Source of the DNA: Bacilli bacterium
GTDB lineage: Bacteria > Bacillota_I > Bacilli_A > RF39 > UBA660
Assembly (NCBI GenBank): GCA_022798795.1
Contig: JAAWNF010000002.1
Location: 1,871-65,870 of the forward strand
Reading direction: 5' to 3'
Length of the DNA: 64,000 bases
Shown: positions 37,315 through 48,171 of the stretch, piece by piece
How the letters are laid out: the number at the start of each line of letters is the position of its first letter
Numbering within the stretch: position 1 is the stretch's first letter
The notes under the pieces: generated by a model
The model's input: the letters and a program-made list of their open reading frames with translations, nothing else
Told to the model about the DNA's origin: nothing
The model's database searches: none
Translations under genes and position numbers: made by a program

Positions 37315-39294
37315 TTATTTTTTCTTTTCCTTTAATACCTTAACAATTAAGTCAGCTGTCTTTTCTACTCCAAGTAAATCTACATTTAAGCACAATTCAT
37401 AATGACTGGCATCTTTCCATTTCATATCTGTATAATGCTCATAATGTCGCTCTCTTGCTTTATTCACTTTTTCTATTTCTTTTGCTGGATTTTTTGAAAT
37501 TCCATAATATTTCGTTACTCGATTTATTTTGTTTTCTAAATCACTATATAAGAAAATTCTAAAAACATTTTTTTCTTCTTTTAAGATATAGTCTGCACAT
37601 CTTCCAACAATGACGCAACTTCCTTTTTTAGAAATTTCTTTGATTGCATTTGATTCTGCTAAAAAAAGAGCATCATCATTACTAATATTTTGAAAGTATG
37701 AACGATTTAATTCTGATAATAGATTTCCAGCCCTATTTTGTTCTTGGTTTTCTATGTAAGTTGCTGATAAACCACTTTCACTAGATACAATTTCAATTAA
37801 GTTTTTGTCATATAAATGAACCTTTAATTTAGAAGCGAGAAGCTCACCAACATATCTTCCACCTGAACCATATTCCCGATTGATTGTAATAATTGGACCT
37901 TGTTTTCCCATTCCTATGATTTGTTCTTTTCTAGTTTCTTCCTTTTTTCCGTTTAATTTCCTTACTTCAAAGAATAATAAGGTTCCCGAGATTATGAATG
38001 CCAGTCCATCAGATACTGGTCCTGCATATAAAACTCCCATAACTCCAAATAGTTTTGTCAAAATGAAAGCTGCTGGAATAAAAATCAAAATTTGTCTTGA
38101 TAGACTAAGCAAGGCTGCTTTTCCTGATTTTCCAATTGCTTGAAAGAAAATTCCTGATGCAATTTGAATCCCATTAAATATGGTTAGCATTAAAAAGATA
38201 CGGAATGTCAAACATGCAAATTCATTATATAAAGCATCTCCTGAACCAAATAATCCAATTAATTGTTCTGGTATTGTTTGGAATAATAAAAATGCTATGA
38301 CAGAAATCGAAAGGCTAAGCGTCAATACAATTTTTAAAGTCTGCTTTACTCTATCATAATTTCTAGCACCATAATTAAATCCTACAATTGGCTGGCTTCC
38401 TGCTGCTATTCCTATCACAATACTAGATAAAATCTGATTGATTTTCATAACAATTCCAAGAACTGTAATTGGTATTTCACTTCCAAACTTACTAGTCGCA
38501 CCATATTTGCTTAATAAATTATTTTGAACTGCAATAATAATGACAATTGACATTTGGGTTATAAAAGAAGAAATTCCAAGTAAAGATACCCTTTTCGCAC
38601 TGTCTACCGAAAATGTCACGGTCTTCTTATTCATTTCAATTGATTTAAATTTAAATAAATAAGTTATATTCATGATAAATGTCACAAATTGACTGATAAT
38701 GGTTGCCAATGCTGCTCCTTTTACTCCCATATCCAAAACAAAGATGGCAATTGGGTCTAAAATAATATTTAGTATTGCTCCAATTACCATAGAAGCCATG
38801 GCATATTTTGGTGAGCCATCCGCTCTTATAATCGAGTTAAAAGTAGTTCCAATCATCATAAATGGAATTCCAAATGCGATAACATATCCATAATCAAGTG
38901 CATAGTTTTGTAGTTTTTCAGTTGAACCAAATAAATTGATTAAAGTAGGCAAGAAAATCAGTACAAAAATGCAAAAAAGAATTGAAATGATGATGGAAGA
39001 AAAAATTCCACTCCATACTCCCTTTTCTGCTTCTTCTTTTTTCTTTTCTCCTAGTTTTAAACTTAAATAAGCAGATGTTCCATCTCCAAACATAAGTGCG
39101 AAAGCAAGACAAATAACGGTAATTGGAAAAACCACATTGGTAGCTCCATTTCCTAAATATCCTACTCCCCATCCAATAAAAATTTGGTCTACCATATTAT
39201 ATAAGGCATTCACTACCAAAGATATAATACATGGAATGGAAAAAGCTTTTAATAATTTGCTTATTTTTTCGTTTCCCAAATCTAATTTTTTCAT
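37315..39294 (-). CDS. MATE family efflux transporter fused to a C-terminal cytidylate kinase-like domain
   Basis: Residues approx. 1-460 are a 12-TM MATE (NorM/DinF-like). The C-terminal roughly 200 aa (IITINREYGSGGRYVG...) matches the cytidylate kinase-like family. Confidence 0.65.
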   Translation of the reverse strand: MKKLDLGNEKISKLLKAFSIPCIISLVVNALYNMVDQIFIGWGVGYLGNGATNVVFPITVICLAFALMFGDGTSAYLSLKLGEKKKEEAEKGVWSGIFSSIIISILFCIFVLIFLPTLINLFGSTEKLQNYALDYGYVIAFGIPFMMIGTTFNSIIRADGSPKYAMASMVIGAILNIILDPIAIFVLDMGVKGAALATIISQFVTFIMNITYLFKFKSIEMNKKTVTFSVDSAKRVSLLGISSFITQMSIVIIIAVQNNLLSKYGATSKFGSEIPITVLGIVMKINQILSSIVIGIAAGSQPIVGFNYGARNYDRVKQTLKIVLTLSLSISVIAFLLFQTIPEQLIGLFGSGDALYNEFACLTFRIFLMLTIFNGIQIASGIFFQAIGKSGKAALLSLSRQILIFIPAAFILTKLFGVMGVLYAGPVSDGLAFIISGTLLFFEVRKLNGKKEETRKEQIIGMGKQGPIITINREYGSGGRYVGELLASKLKVHLYDKNLIEIVSSESGLSATYIENQEQNRAGNLLSELNRSYFQNISNDDALFLAESNAIKEISKKGSCVIVGRCADYILKEEKNVFRIFLYSDLENKINRVTKYYGISKNPAKEIEKVNKARERHYEHYTDMKWKDASHYELCLNVDLLGVEKTADLIVKVLKEKKK

Positions 39295-39444
39295 ATACTC
39301 CTCCTTCTTATGTGCGCAAAAAAACACAAGTATTTTTGCATGTGTTGTTCGTTATTCATTACACGTTGTAATGTACGTTTCTAATTTGACCAATGCTTTC
39401 ACATTTTAGCACACAATTTTTTTTATTTCAAGAGATTTTGTAAA

Positions 39445-39465
39445 AGAAAAAGATGAAAATTTCAT
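39445..39465 (-). terminator. Intrinsic terminator after the DUF362 gene
   Basis: AGAUGAAA/UUUCAUCU hairpin plus U-run on the minus strand. Confidence 0.4.
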
Positions 39466-39466
39466 C

Positions 39467-40339
39467 TTAATCGATGTTTATCAATTCATATTCTCTAGAA
39501 CCAATTCCTTGTTCTACCGCTGCTTCTATTGTAAGTAATCCATTTCTTGATTCAATTCGTTCTATCATATGGTTCTTTCCTGGGTCATTGGAATTATAAA
39601 TCAAATCAATACATGCTTGGTCTAGGGCTACTGGGTCTTTAGAAGCTAAAATACCGATATCTTGCATACATGGGTCCTCTGCTACTCCACAACAATCACA
39701 ATCTACTGACATATTACACATGACATTGATATAGACAATATTATCTCCATAAAAATCAGTAATGGTTTTTGCTGCATCTGCCATTGACTTTAAAAATAAA
39801 CTTTGTTCTACTTGAAACATATCATCAAAACTTGCATGTTCTTTTCCACCTGTATGAATATATCGTTTTCCTTCTGAAGATGCCAAACCTATCGAAAGCT
39901 GTTTTAAAGCTCCTCCATATCCACCCATAGGATGTCCTTTAAAATGTGATAAAACAAGCATAGAATTATAATCTTTCATTTTTGAACCTACAATGTTTTT
40001 TTGAATAACGGTTCCTTTTTTATTTTCTAATACTTCTTCCCCTTCACTATCCAAAATGTCAACTGTAAAATACTTGCTCCATCCATGTTTCTCCATTAAC
40101 TTTATATGTTTTTCCGTGGTATCTCTTGCGCCATCGTAAGCAGTATTGCATTCTACTACAGTTCCATTTACATGTTCTACTAGAGATTTTACAAATTCAG
40201 GTTTTAAATAGTTTTGGTTTCCTTCTTCTCCTGAGTGTAATTTCACAGCTACTTTTCCTTGTAATGTCATTCCTAATGCATCATAAATTTTAATTAGACT
40301 ATCAGGTGTAAGACTTTTTGTAAATAATACGTTTTCCAT
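39467..40339 (-). CDS. DUF362 domain protein
   Basis: SHFKGHPMGGYGGALK motif. Confidence 0.65.
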   Translation of the reverse strand: MENVLFTKSLTPDSLIKIYDALGMTLQGKVAVKLHSGEEGNQNYLKPEFVKSLVEHVNGTVVECNTAYDGARDTTEKHIKLMEKHGWSKYFTVDILDSEGEEVLENKKGTVIQKNIVGSKMKDYNSMLVLSHFKGHPMGGYGGALKQLSIGLASSEGKRYIHTGGKEHASFDDMFQVEQSLFLKSMADAAKTITDFYGDNIVYINVMCNMSVDCDCCGVAEDPCMQDIGILASKDPVALDQACIDLIYNSNDPGKNHMIERIESRNGLLTIEAAVEQGIGSREYELINID

Positions 40340-40398
40340 TTTTATCCCTCCAATAAGATTATATCAATTAAAGTTTACTTTAAGTCAAGAATATCTTG

Positions 40399-41127
40399 TC
40401 AATTTATTTCAACAATATCTCCTTCTTCTGGGTACATCATATTTTCCTGTTCTATCACAGGAATTGCATCACTTCTATGAATTAAATAAAAATCTTTCTT
40501 AGAATATTCTTTCGCATATTCTAAAATTCTAGAAAATCCAATATGAGCTTCTGTAGTATTCATAACCGTTGTATCAATAAAAATTGCATTACTTTCTTTC
40601 ACCAATGTATCTAAATTATCACATTCTGTTGTATCCCCTGTATATGCTATTTTATGGTCTCCTATTTCCAGCAAGTATCCATTGCAAGGAACACAAGTAC
40701 TATGGATGAAAGAAAATGCTTGAATTGTAAAATTCGCTAATTCTATTTTTTCTCCATCTATTTCTTGAAAAACAAGATTGTATTTTTCTTCTATCTTATC
40801 ATATTTGTTTAGTTCATTATCTCCATGTGTAAAATACATCAAATCAATTACTTTTTGTCTTAAACCTTTTGGTCCTATTAAAGTAAGCTCATTTTGTTCT
40901 TTTCTAATATAACGCATCAAAAGAAAGCAAGCAATATCTAAAAAATGGTCTGCATGAAAATGAGTTATTACAATATATTTTATTTTTGATATATCTTTTT
41001 TCATGTCTTTCAGTTTAGCAAGTACTCCAGAACCAATATCAAATAATATTTCATCATTTACTAAAATACTACTATTTCCTCTTGTTAAACTTCCCATCAT
41101 TCCAGTACCAATAAAATCAATTTTCAT
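40399..41127 (-). CDS. MBL-fold metallo-hydrolase
   Basis: ITHFHADHF motif. Confidence 0.7.
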   Translation of the reverse strand: MKIDFIGTGMMGSLTRGNSSILVNDEILFDIGSGVLAKLKDMKKDISKIKYIVITHFHADHFLDIACFLLMRYIRKEQNELTLIGPKGLRQKVIDLMYFTHGDNELNKYDKIEEKYNLVFQEIDGEKIELANFTIQAFSFIHSTCVPCNGYLLEIGDHKIAYTGDTTECDNLDTLVKESNAIFIDTTVMNTTEAHIGFSRILEYAKEYSKKDFYLIHRSDAIPVIEQENMMYPEEGDIVEIN

Positions 41128-41368
41128 TTTTTTCCTCCTCATATTTTTTTACATAAGAACAACTATATTTTGTGGTTATTCCCTTTTGTCCAAAATAAGG
41201 TAAAGCATATTCTACCAATTTTTTCGCAATTCCTTTTCCTCTATGATTGGGATTTACATAAGTATGAATCATATCTACTGTATTAGAATCCAAATAGATA
41301 AATTCAATAAATCCCAACACTTCCTCTTTTTCTTCATATAAAATTTTATTATCTTCTATTTTAAACAT
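41117..41368 (-). CDS. Small GNAT-like N-acetyltransferase (YjdJ-like)
   Basis: 83 aa with an HRGKGIAKKLV motif. Confidence 0.5.
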   Translation of the reverse strand: MFKIEDNKILYEEKEEVLGFIEFIYLDSNTVDMIHTYVNPNHRGKGIAKKLVEYALPYFGQKGITTKYSCSYVKKYEEEKNEN

Positions 41369-41388
41369 AAAAGCCTCCTTTTTTAATT

Positions 41389-42108
41389 TTATTTTGCTCT
41401 AATATATTTTTGCTCTTTCCATTCCCCAATCATATTTTGTTCTTTTCTAACTTCACAAACCTCAATAAGATTTTGCTTTATGAGTTCATTAATTCGTGTT
41501 GAAAAAAAGATATCTCCATAAAATCCACAAAGTCTTTCTGCCATACATTTTCCAACTAACTTCCAATAACGAACACTTTCATATTGTTTTAAAATATCTA
41601 ATATCCTTTTGTCTAAATAATCAAAGGAAACCGATTTTAGACTGTTGTTATGAATGACTCTTAAATCACTATTTTCTTCTACTAATGCTATCCATTCGTC
41701 ATTATATTGTTTTTGTTCTGGTTCCTTTATAACAATTGTCTTTTTTTCTAAAGGCCTAATTTCTTTTGCTGTATAACTTCCAACCGAAAAATGATTTTTA
41801 TCTGTTACATCACAAGCAAGAATTTGAACGTTTTTCTGATAGAAATAGGAATTTAAAAAGTATAATGTACATACATCTTCATTATCTAATGAAGAATACC
41901 AAATGCGAATTTGCTTTGGATTACATTGTTCTAATTTCTGTAATTGTTTTTTTATTGGTACTTTTATATCTCCTGCTGTTTTTTCATTTTGATTTTCCAA
42001 ATCTTTGATGTTTCCATAACTTAATAAAAGACAAAAAGAGATAACATTTTCAAAACCTGCTTTTTCTAATAACATTTTTTCGCTTTCGCTAATTGCAATT
42101 TCTAACAT
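41389..42108 (-). CDS. DUF1835/DUF3658 domain protein
   Basis: The architecture is typical of DUF1835 proteins, and it sits downstream of a MerR regulator. Confidence 0.5.
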   Translation of the reverse strand: MLEIAISESEKMLLEKAGFENVISFCLLLSYGNIKDLENQNEKTAGDIKVPIKKQLQKLEQCNPKQIRIWYSSLDNEDVCTLYFLNSYFYQKNVQILACDVTDKNHFSVGSYTAKEIRPLEKKTIVIKEPEQKQYNDEWIALVEENSDLRVIHNNSLKSVSFDYLDKRILDILKQYESVRYWKLVGKCMAERLCGFYGDIFFSTRINELIKQNLIEVCEVRKEQNMIGEWKEQKYIRAK

Positions 42109-42122
42109 ATAAATCCAACTTT

Positions 42123-42470
42123 CTATGACATAATTTTTTCATAATTATCTATTTTATAATCCAATTTCTTTAAAATTTCTGTTAAAACATCAATTTGTTC
42201 TTTTATTTCTTTTCTTTGTAATTCTAATATCTGTTTTCGTTCTTTTTCTGTGTTTTGAACATTGAGCAATTGCATATATTTTTTTAATCTTTCCATACTC
42301 ATTCCAGAATTTCTCATACAAAGTACAAATTCTATATTTGGAAAATTTTCTTCTTTATAATCTCGAATTCCATTCTTTCTTTTGACATCAAGAATAAGGC
42401 CTTCTTGTTCATAATATCTAAGCGTTGCTTCTGATACATGATATCGTTTACTGATTTCTTTAATTGTCAT
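42123..42470 (-). CDS. MerR family transcriptional regulator
   Basis: N-terminal HTH MTIKEISKRYHVSEATLRYYEQEGL. Confidence 0.8.
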   Translation of the reverse strand: MTIKEISKRYHVSEATLRYYEQEGLILDVKRKNGIRDYKEENFPNIEFVLCMRNSGMSMERLKKYMQLLNVQNTEKERKQILELQRKEIKEQIDVLTEILKKLDYKIDNYEKIMS

Positions 42471-42477
42471 ATTTCAC

Positions 42478-43263
42478 CTACTTTGTTTTTTCACTAAAAT
42501 AAAAATACATTGCGTTTCTTAAAACAGAATACATAGTTCCACTTTCATCTAACAGTTGACTTTCTTCACTATCTTTTAAATATTCCTGATAAGTAACTTT
42601 TCTAATTTCTTCTATTCCATACAATTTATAATAATCTTCTTTATTCATAGATAAATTAGATGTTAAATCAATTACATAATCTCCATCTAATATAAAAGAA
42701 TGTAGATATTTCCCATCTAAGTTTTTATGTGCAAAGGCTGTTACTGCAATATAACCAGGATTTCGCTCTAATAAAAACATTGTACTTTCATGGCAAGCAC
42801 TTCTAATATCGGCATTATTACTAATAAAGTTGTTTGTTACTTCGTCCAATTGACCATCCAGTTTTCGAAAATGAATTGTTCCTATTTTTGATACAATACA
42901 AATTTCGCCATTTTCTTCTTGGTAATTGCTAATAATACCTCTTTTGATAAGTAGTTCCTTTAAAAATTCTGCATTGCTTCTATTTCTAGTGACAGTTAGT
43001 ATAAAAGAAACCAAAACTTCTCTCCAAAATATAGAAACTGGAATATTAGATACTTCTAAAGCTTGATATAAAATTTCTTTAAACTTATCTAATAAGAAAA
43101 AACAATTGACATTAAATGCTTCTATTGAATTACTTGTTTTTGCTGCTTCATATAAATTAACTCCCAATAACTTTTGAAGTTCGTCAATGACATTTCTGAC
43201 ATTTTCTTCCCTTTCTTTTTGAAGTTGCGCTTCTAATTCATCTGTCAATTTTGATAATCCCAT
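42478..43263 (-). CDS. Hypothetical protein
   Basis: GGAGGAG SD before MGLSKLTDELE. The table ORF start is 10 codons too long. Confidence 0.4.
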   Translation of the reverse strand: MGLSKLTDELEAQLQKEREENVRNVIDELQKLLGVNLYEAAKTSNSIEAFNVNCFFLLDKFKEILYQALEVSNIPVSIFWREVLVSFILTVTRNRSNAEFLKELLIKRGIISNYQEENGEICIVSKIGTIHFRKLDGQLDEVTNNFISNNADIRSACHESTMFLLERNPGYIAVTAFAHKNLDGKYLHSFILDGDYVIDLTSNLSMNKEDYYKLYGIEEIRKVTYQEYLKDSEESQLLDESGTMYSVLRNAMYFYFSEKTK

Positions 43264-43322
43264 TTTAGCTCCTCCAATTCGTAACTTCCCCATTTACTTT
43301 TAGTACATATTTTTTTTCTAAA

Positions 43323-43814
43323 TATTTTGAAATCTTTTCTGGTATCGTAAAAGCTTTAATTAACAGTTCTATGATAAGTTACATCTAATTTATCAGCAAG
43401 TACCAATGCAACTCCAACAAGAGATGTAATATGATTGCCATTAGAATGGTCTTTAATTGCTTCTTCTAATACATTCATTTCTTCTTCTGTAATATTTGTT
43501 CCTACTAAAAATTCACGAAAGATTTGACTGCTTTTTAAAGCATGGTCTTATTTTTCTTCTCCACTGATAGAAAGACCAATATCATGTAATAGTGCAGCTA
43601 CCATTCCAAGTTCAATCATTCTTTCTGTTGCATTCAATTGTTCTAATATTCGTTTGGTATAGCCCGCTACTCTTTTATAATGTTCTAATCCATGTTCCCA
43701 ATCCCATTTTCCATCTGTGATAAATTTTAAATTTCCAATTTTCTCTGTTATTTCTAAATAAGATGTTTTTCTTAATATAATTTCATAATTATTCATACAA
43801 TAAAGTCCTTTCAT
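43323..43814 (-). pseudogene. HD-domain phosphohydrolase, frameshifted
   Basis: The N-terminal part (HGLEHYKRVA...AALLHDIG) stops at 43548 inside an A5 run. The rest of the HD domain (KDHALKSSQIF...HSNGNHITSLVGVALVLADKLD) continues in another frame down to 43323. Confidence 0.55.
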
Positions 43815-43930
43815 TTTATCTACTTTTATTATAGCGTATCAAAAGATAGAAGTAAACGAATTGAAAGATGTTACCAACAAAAATCTACATTCTTTTATTT
43901 TCTGCTTATAATAAAACAGATAGAAATTTT

Positions 43931-45073
43931 CTACCTGTTTCTCTTTTTTGTAATTATGTTCGTCATTACAACAAACATAAAACCAAAGAATAAAAGTATT
44001 CCCATATTTAGAAAGATTGGCTTTACGGTTTCTAAATTGATTGTTTCTAAAGAGGCAATTAAATCATTGTTATGAATGTAATAATAAGATGGCAAAACAT
44101 GAGCTATCTTTAAAACAAAATCTGGAAGAAATTCAGTTGGTACAAATGCTCCACATAAAAAGCTTGACCCAAGTGCGATGACATTTACAATTCCACTCAT
44201 AGCTTCTTTATTATGAACCAAATTTCCAATCAGAAGAGCTAATGTTAATGCCGAAATTGTAAAGATAAAGGAATTTAGTATTAAAAACATTCCTTGATTT
44301 GTAAACATGACATCTCCAACCAATATAATACTTAAAATGACATAGCACAACCATAAGACAATCGCAAATAAACTATTGGAAAATAATAATTGTCTATTAA
44401 ACTTCTTATACTCTATACTACTGACCATAATTCTTAGTTTTACTTTCTGTTCTTTAAAACTAGAAACCATAAAACAAATAATGAAAACACAGCCTGCTAA
44501 AATGCTATAGTTGGCAAAATTATAAAATAAAGTGGCTTTTGCAAATTTTTCCGTATCTAATTTTGATGTTACTTCTATAAAAACTTCTTTTTCCAAAGTC
44601 GTATTTATCATTTCTAATAAAGTTTCTTCGTCTTTTGTAACTTTTCTATAAATATTCGCAACATTAAAGTATCGATTTACTAGCATTTCGGCCAAAGAAG
44701 CTTGATAATCACCAGTACTTTTGATTTCTACATTTAACTTTTTTCCCTCTAAAAAATTATTTTTAAAGTCTTTAGGAATATAAATGATATAATTGACATC
44801 TCTATAAAATAATGCATCATTTCTTGCTTCTTCTGTTTCTTGAACTTCTTTTATGGTAGTATGCTTTTCTATATATTGAATAAAATTTTTGGTAACGTTA
44901 TCTGTCTCATTTTCATTTACAATTAAAACATCTGGTTTTTCAGCCATAAATGAAGTACCTGTGTCATTATTTTGCATATTAAATCCTGCAAAAAAGATTA
45001 ATATAACAGTATATAAAATAACTAGAAATTTATTTTTATTTAATATCTTTAAATAAGCTTTAAATACTGTCAT
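43931..45073 (-). CDS. ABC-2 type transporter permease
   Basis: 380 aa, 6 TM with a large N-terminal loop. Confidence 0.6.
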   Translation of the reverse strand: MTVFKAYLKILNKNKFLVILYTVILIFFAGFNMQNNDTGTSFMAEKPDVLIVNENETDNVTKNFIQYIEKHTTIKEVQETEEARNDALFYRDVNYIIYIPKDFKNNFLEGKKLNVEIKSTGDYQASLAEMLVNRYFNVANIYRKVTKDEETLLEMINTTLEKEVFIEVTSKLDTEKFAKATLFYNFANYSILAGCVFIICFMVSSFKEQKVKLRIMVSSIEYKKFNRQLLFSNSLFAIVLWLCYVILSIILVGDVMFTNQGMFLILNSFIFTISALTLALLIGNLVHNKEAMSGIVNVIALGSSFLCGAFVPTEFLPDFVLKIAHVLPSYYYIHNNDLIASLETINLETVKPIFLNMGILLFFGFMFVVMTNIITKKRNR

Positions 45074-46223
45074 AAGTTTGCCTCCTTAAACTTCTTATAG
45101 AAAGTGCTAACATCAGAATAGAAAAAATACATAAGCTAAAGATATTAAAATAATATCTGTCCAAAGTATCATAGTAATATAAGGAATAAAATCCATCTGT
45201 AATCATACTTGCAGGGTTTATCTGATTTAAAATAGGAATATTTTTATCTACCATATATTTCATTGTAATTCCCATCATTCCAGATAAAAAGCAGCAAAGC
45301 ATCGTGAATGCAATTACAATGCCTGTTTTGGTATTCTCATTTGTTTTAAAAACACTAGCAATCATAATTCCAAGCGACAATCCTGCAAAGCAACCAATTA
45401 GTGTTAAAAGAACAATGAAAAAGATATTTTCTCCATAATCTATTTTCAAAAAGCAAATGGTATAGAAAAATAGTAATGCAATTCCAATGAGTTGAACGGT
45501 ATAACCAGCCAAAGCATTTGTTATAATCACTTTTCCTTTTAAAGTTGGACTCACAGAAATTCTTTTTCCATTGGCACTTTGATTTGCAAGGTTTTGATTA
45601 ATCAAATAAAGCCCCAAAATTCCTCCATATAAACAGGTCATCGCAATTAACGTATAAAATTCTATCATCGTATAACTGAGATTTTTGTTTGATATATTTA
45701 CAAGTTCTATTTGATTTTCTTCCTTCCACTTTTCTAGTTTTAAATAAACTGATTGGTAGAGATTTTCAGTTAACATATTTTTATCTTCTATTTCTAGTGC
45801 TACTACATTTTTCATGACTTCTTCTGTTTGGATAATTTCTTCTGTTACAAATTTTAAAATCGTTTGATTGATTCCATTTTCTTTCACAATCAATTTGAGT
45901 GGTTCTGATAAAATCAAGTATCCATCAATTTTTTTATTTTCTAATAATGCTTTAGCGTCTTTTTCTTCTTCATAGGAAATTTGAAACATTGGCTCCTCTC
46001 CCGTTTTTAAATGTTCAAAAATATTGATTATCATAGAGTTTTGATTGGATGTTTCTTTTACAATTGCAATTGGGATTGTTTTTAATTGTTCTTCTTTTTC
46101 GATATCAGAAAATGCCATCGAAAATAAAGTTCCCAATATAAGAGGAAATGCAAATGTCCAAAAGATTAATGGTTTATTTTTAAAGAGAGTTTTCATTGCA
46201 TATTTATAGTTATGAAATAACAT
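45060..46223 (-). CDS. ABC-2 type transporter permease
   Basis: 387 aa, a paralogue of the adjacent permease. Confidence 0.6.
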   Translation of the reverse strand: MLFHNYKYAMKTLFKNKPLIFWTFAFPLILGTLFSMAFSDIEKEEQLKTIPIAIVKETSNQNSMIINIFEHLKTGEEPMFQISYEEEKDAKALLENKKIDGYLILSEPLKLIVKENGINQTILKFVTEEIIQTEEVMKNVVALEIEDKNMLTENLYQSVYLKLEKWKEENQIELVNISNKNLSYTMIEFYTLIAMTCLYGGILGLYLINQNLANQSANGKRISVSPTLKGKVIITNALAGYTVQLIGIALLFFYTICFLKIDYGENIFFIVLLTLIGCFAGLSLGIMIASVFKTNENTKTGIVIAFTMLCCFLSGMMGITMKYMVDKNIPILNQINPASMITDGFYSLYYYDTLDRYYFNIFSLCIFSILMLALSIRSLRRQTYDSI

Positions 46224-47161
46224 TAGTCTCTTAGTTCCTTTCCTGTAAGTTCTAGAAAAACATCATTCAAAGTTGGTCTTTCTGAATAAATCTTATCATA
46301 TAAAATACTCTCTTTTTTGAAATAATCTATGAGTGTAATCAAATTATTTTTTCCTTTTTTATAGATTACAGTTAAGTTTTGATTATGATAATAAATTTCA
46401 TCTACATTTTTCAGTTTTTTTATTTCTTCTAGTTGCTTTTCTGTAATGGAATCTACTTCTACATTCACTTTTTCTTCCATATTCGCTAATTCTTTTAATT
46501 CATCTGGTGTACCACTGGCAATTACTTTCCCCTTATCCAAAATAATCACTCTGTCACAAAGAATTTCTACCTCTTCCATGTAATGTGTTGTATAAACAAT
46601 GGTTGCTCCATTTTCTCTTAATTTTTCAATTCCATCTAAAATATTATTTCGGCTTTGTGGGTCTACAGCTACTGTTGGTTCATCTAAGAAAATTAGTTTG
46701 GGTTTGTGTGCAATTCCACAAGCGATATTTAATCTTCTAAGTAGTCCTCCTGATAATTGCTTGGGATAAAATTTTTTAAATTCATTTAAACTGACCAATT
46801 CAATGGCCTCTTCGATATATTGTTTTCTTAACCGTTTATCATTGATATAAAGGCCACAAAAATAGTCAATATTCTCTTCTACTGTGAGTTCTTCAAATAC
46901 TGCAACATCTTGAAAAACTACTCCAATTTCTCGTTTGATATCATAGGCATTTGGTGCCATTGGTTTTCCAAAGATTTGAATGGTACCTTTTTCAAAATTT
47001 AAAAGAGACAAAATACAATTTATCGTAGTGGATTTTCCAGAACCATTTGGTCCTAATAATCCTAAAATCTCTCCTTTTTTTACTTCTAAAGATATCCCAT
47101 CTACGGCTTTGATATTTTTATATTCTTTGATTAAATTTTTTACTTCAATAACATTTTTCAT
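46223..47161 (-). CDS. ABC transporter ATP-binding protein
   Basis: Walker A GPNGSGKST, signature LSGGLLRRL and Walker B ILDEPT. Confidence 0.85.
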   Translation of the reverse strand: MKNVIEVKNLIKEYKNIKAVDGISLEVKKGEILGLLGPNGSGKSTTINCILSLLNFEKGTIQIFGKPMAPNAYDIKREIGVVFQDVAVFEELTVEENIDYFCGLYINDKRLRKQYIEEAIELVSLNEFKKFYPKQLSGGLLRRLNIACGIAHKPKLIFLDEPTVAVDPQSRNNILDGIEKLRENGATIVYTTHYMEEVEILCDRVIILDKGKVIASGTPDELKELANMEEKVNVEVDSITEKQLEEIKKLKNVDEIYYHNQNLTVIYKKGKNNLITLIDYFKKESILYDKIYSERPTLNDVFLELTGKELRD

Positions 47162-47721
47162 AATCGTTCCTCTTTATATCCTTTCAATAATTCTAAAACA
47201 GTATTCGTAAGTAGTTCTTCTATTTCATTTTCTTCTAATTTTACTGTTTTTGTTGCTAATAAACAAGCAATTCCATGGGTAAAAATAAATACTTTCACAT
47301 GAAATTTCTTCTGTTCTTCATAAGATAATCCTGTTAATTGTTGTCCTTTTTTTATGATATCTTCTCCTTCACTATCATTTATAATAAAGTTTTCTGGGCT
47401 GTTATTTGTTTCTTTCATGAAAAGAATTTTAAATAGTACAGGATGGTCTTTTGCAAATTCTATATAAGAAAGTCCTGATTGTTTATAGGCGTGTTTTTCT
47501 GTTACTCTCTCCATATAGTTCTGATAAGTTTCATAAATTTTTTCATAGACAGTATTTTTTAATTCTTCCATTGATGTAAAGTTATGAAAAATTGGCTGAA
47601 CAGAGGCATTTAATTCTTTTGCGATTCTTCTAGCATTTAAGTTTTCAAATCCTTCACTTTCTACAATTTTATAAGCAATGTTTACAATTTCCTCTTTTGT
47701 ATACTTTTTATTAGGTGGCAT
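47158..47721 (-). CDS. TetR/AcrR family transcriptional regulator
   Basis: N-terminal HTH (ARRIAKELNASVQPIFHNF). Confidence 0.8.
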   Translation of the reverse strand: MPPNKKYTKEEIVNIAYKIVESEGFENLNARRIAKELNASVQPIFHNFTSMEELKNTVYEKIYETYQNYMERVTEKHAYKQSGLSYIEFAKDHPVLFKILFMKETNNSPENFIINDSEGEDIIKKGQQLTGLSYEEQKKFHVKVFIFTHGIACLLATKTVKLEENEIEELLTNTVLELLKGYKEERL

Positions 47722-47737
47722 TCATTCACTTCCGTTC

Positions 47738-47765
47738 TATATCGTTTGTTATATAACATATGTTA
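47738..47765. promoter_or_regulatory. Candidate TetR operator palindrome
   Basis: Perfect palindrome ATAACATATGTTAT with a flanking CATATG repeat, directly upstream of the tetR-like gene. Confidence 0.4.
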
Positions 47766-48171
47766 TCATATGTTGGAATATGTGTAAATATAAACTTTAC
47801 AAATATTTATTATTTTAAAATACATAATCATTTACATTATGATTTTTTTTGCACATACAGGAATGACAATATAAATAATAGCAATCCTATGCTACCCATA
47901 AAAATTAAAAAGTACCCTACTATATTTTTTTATTTTATATAATAAATACCGAAAAGAAATATAACAAATAGTAAACCGATAATTATTATATAATATATAA
48001 AAATATAAAGTTTTTTTGACGGAATGCCTTATCAACAACTAATTCTACCAATATACTACTTCAAGGAGATATCTTATATGTTTTTCCTTTTTCTTATAGT
48101 GAATTACTGATATTAAACAAGCTTTTCAATTGATACTAGAACTGTTATAATTAAGTCTAGGAGAGATTTTA

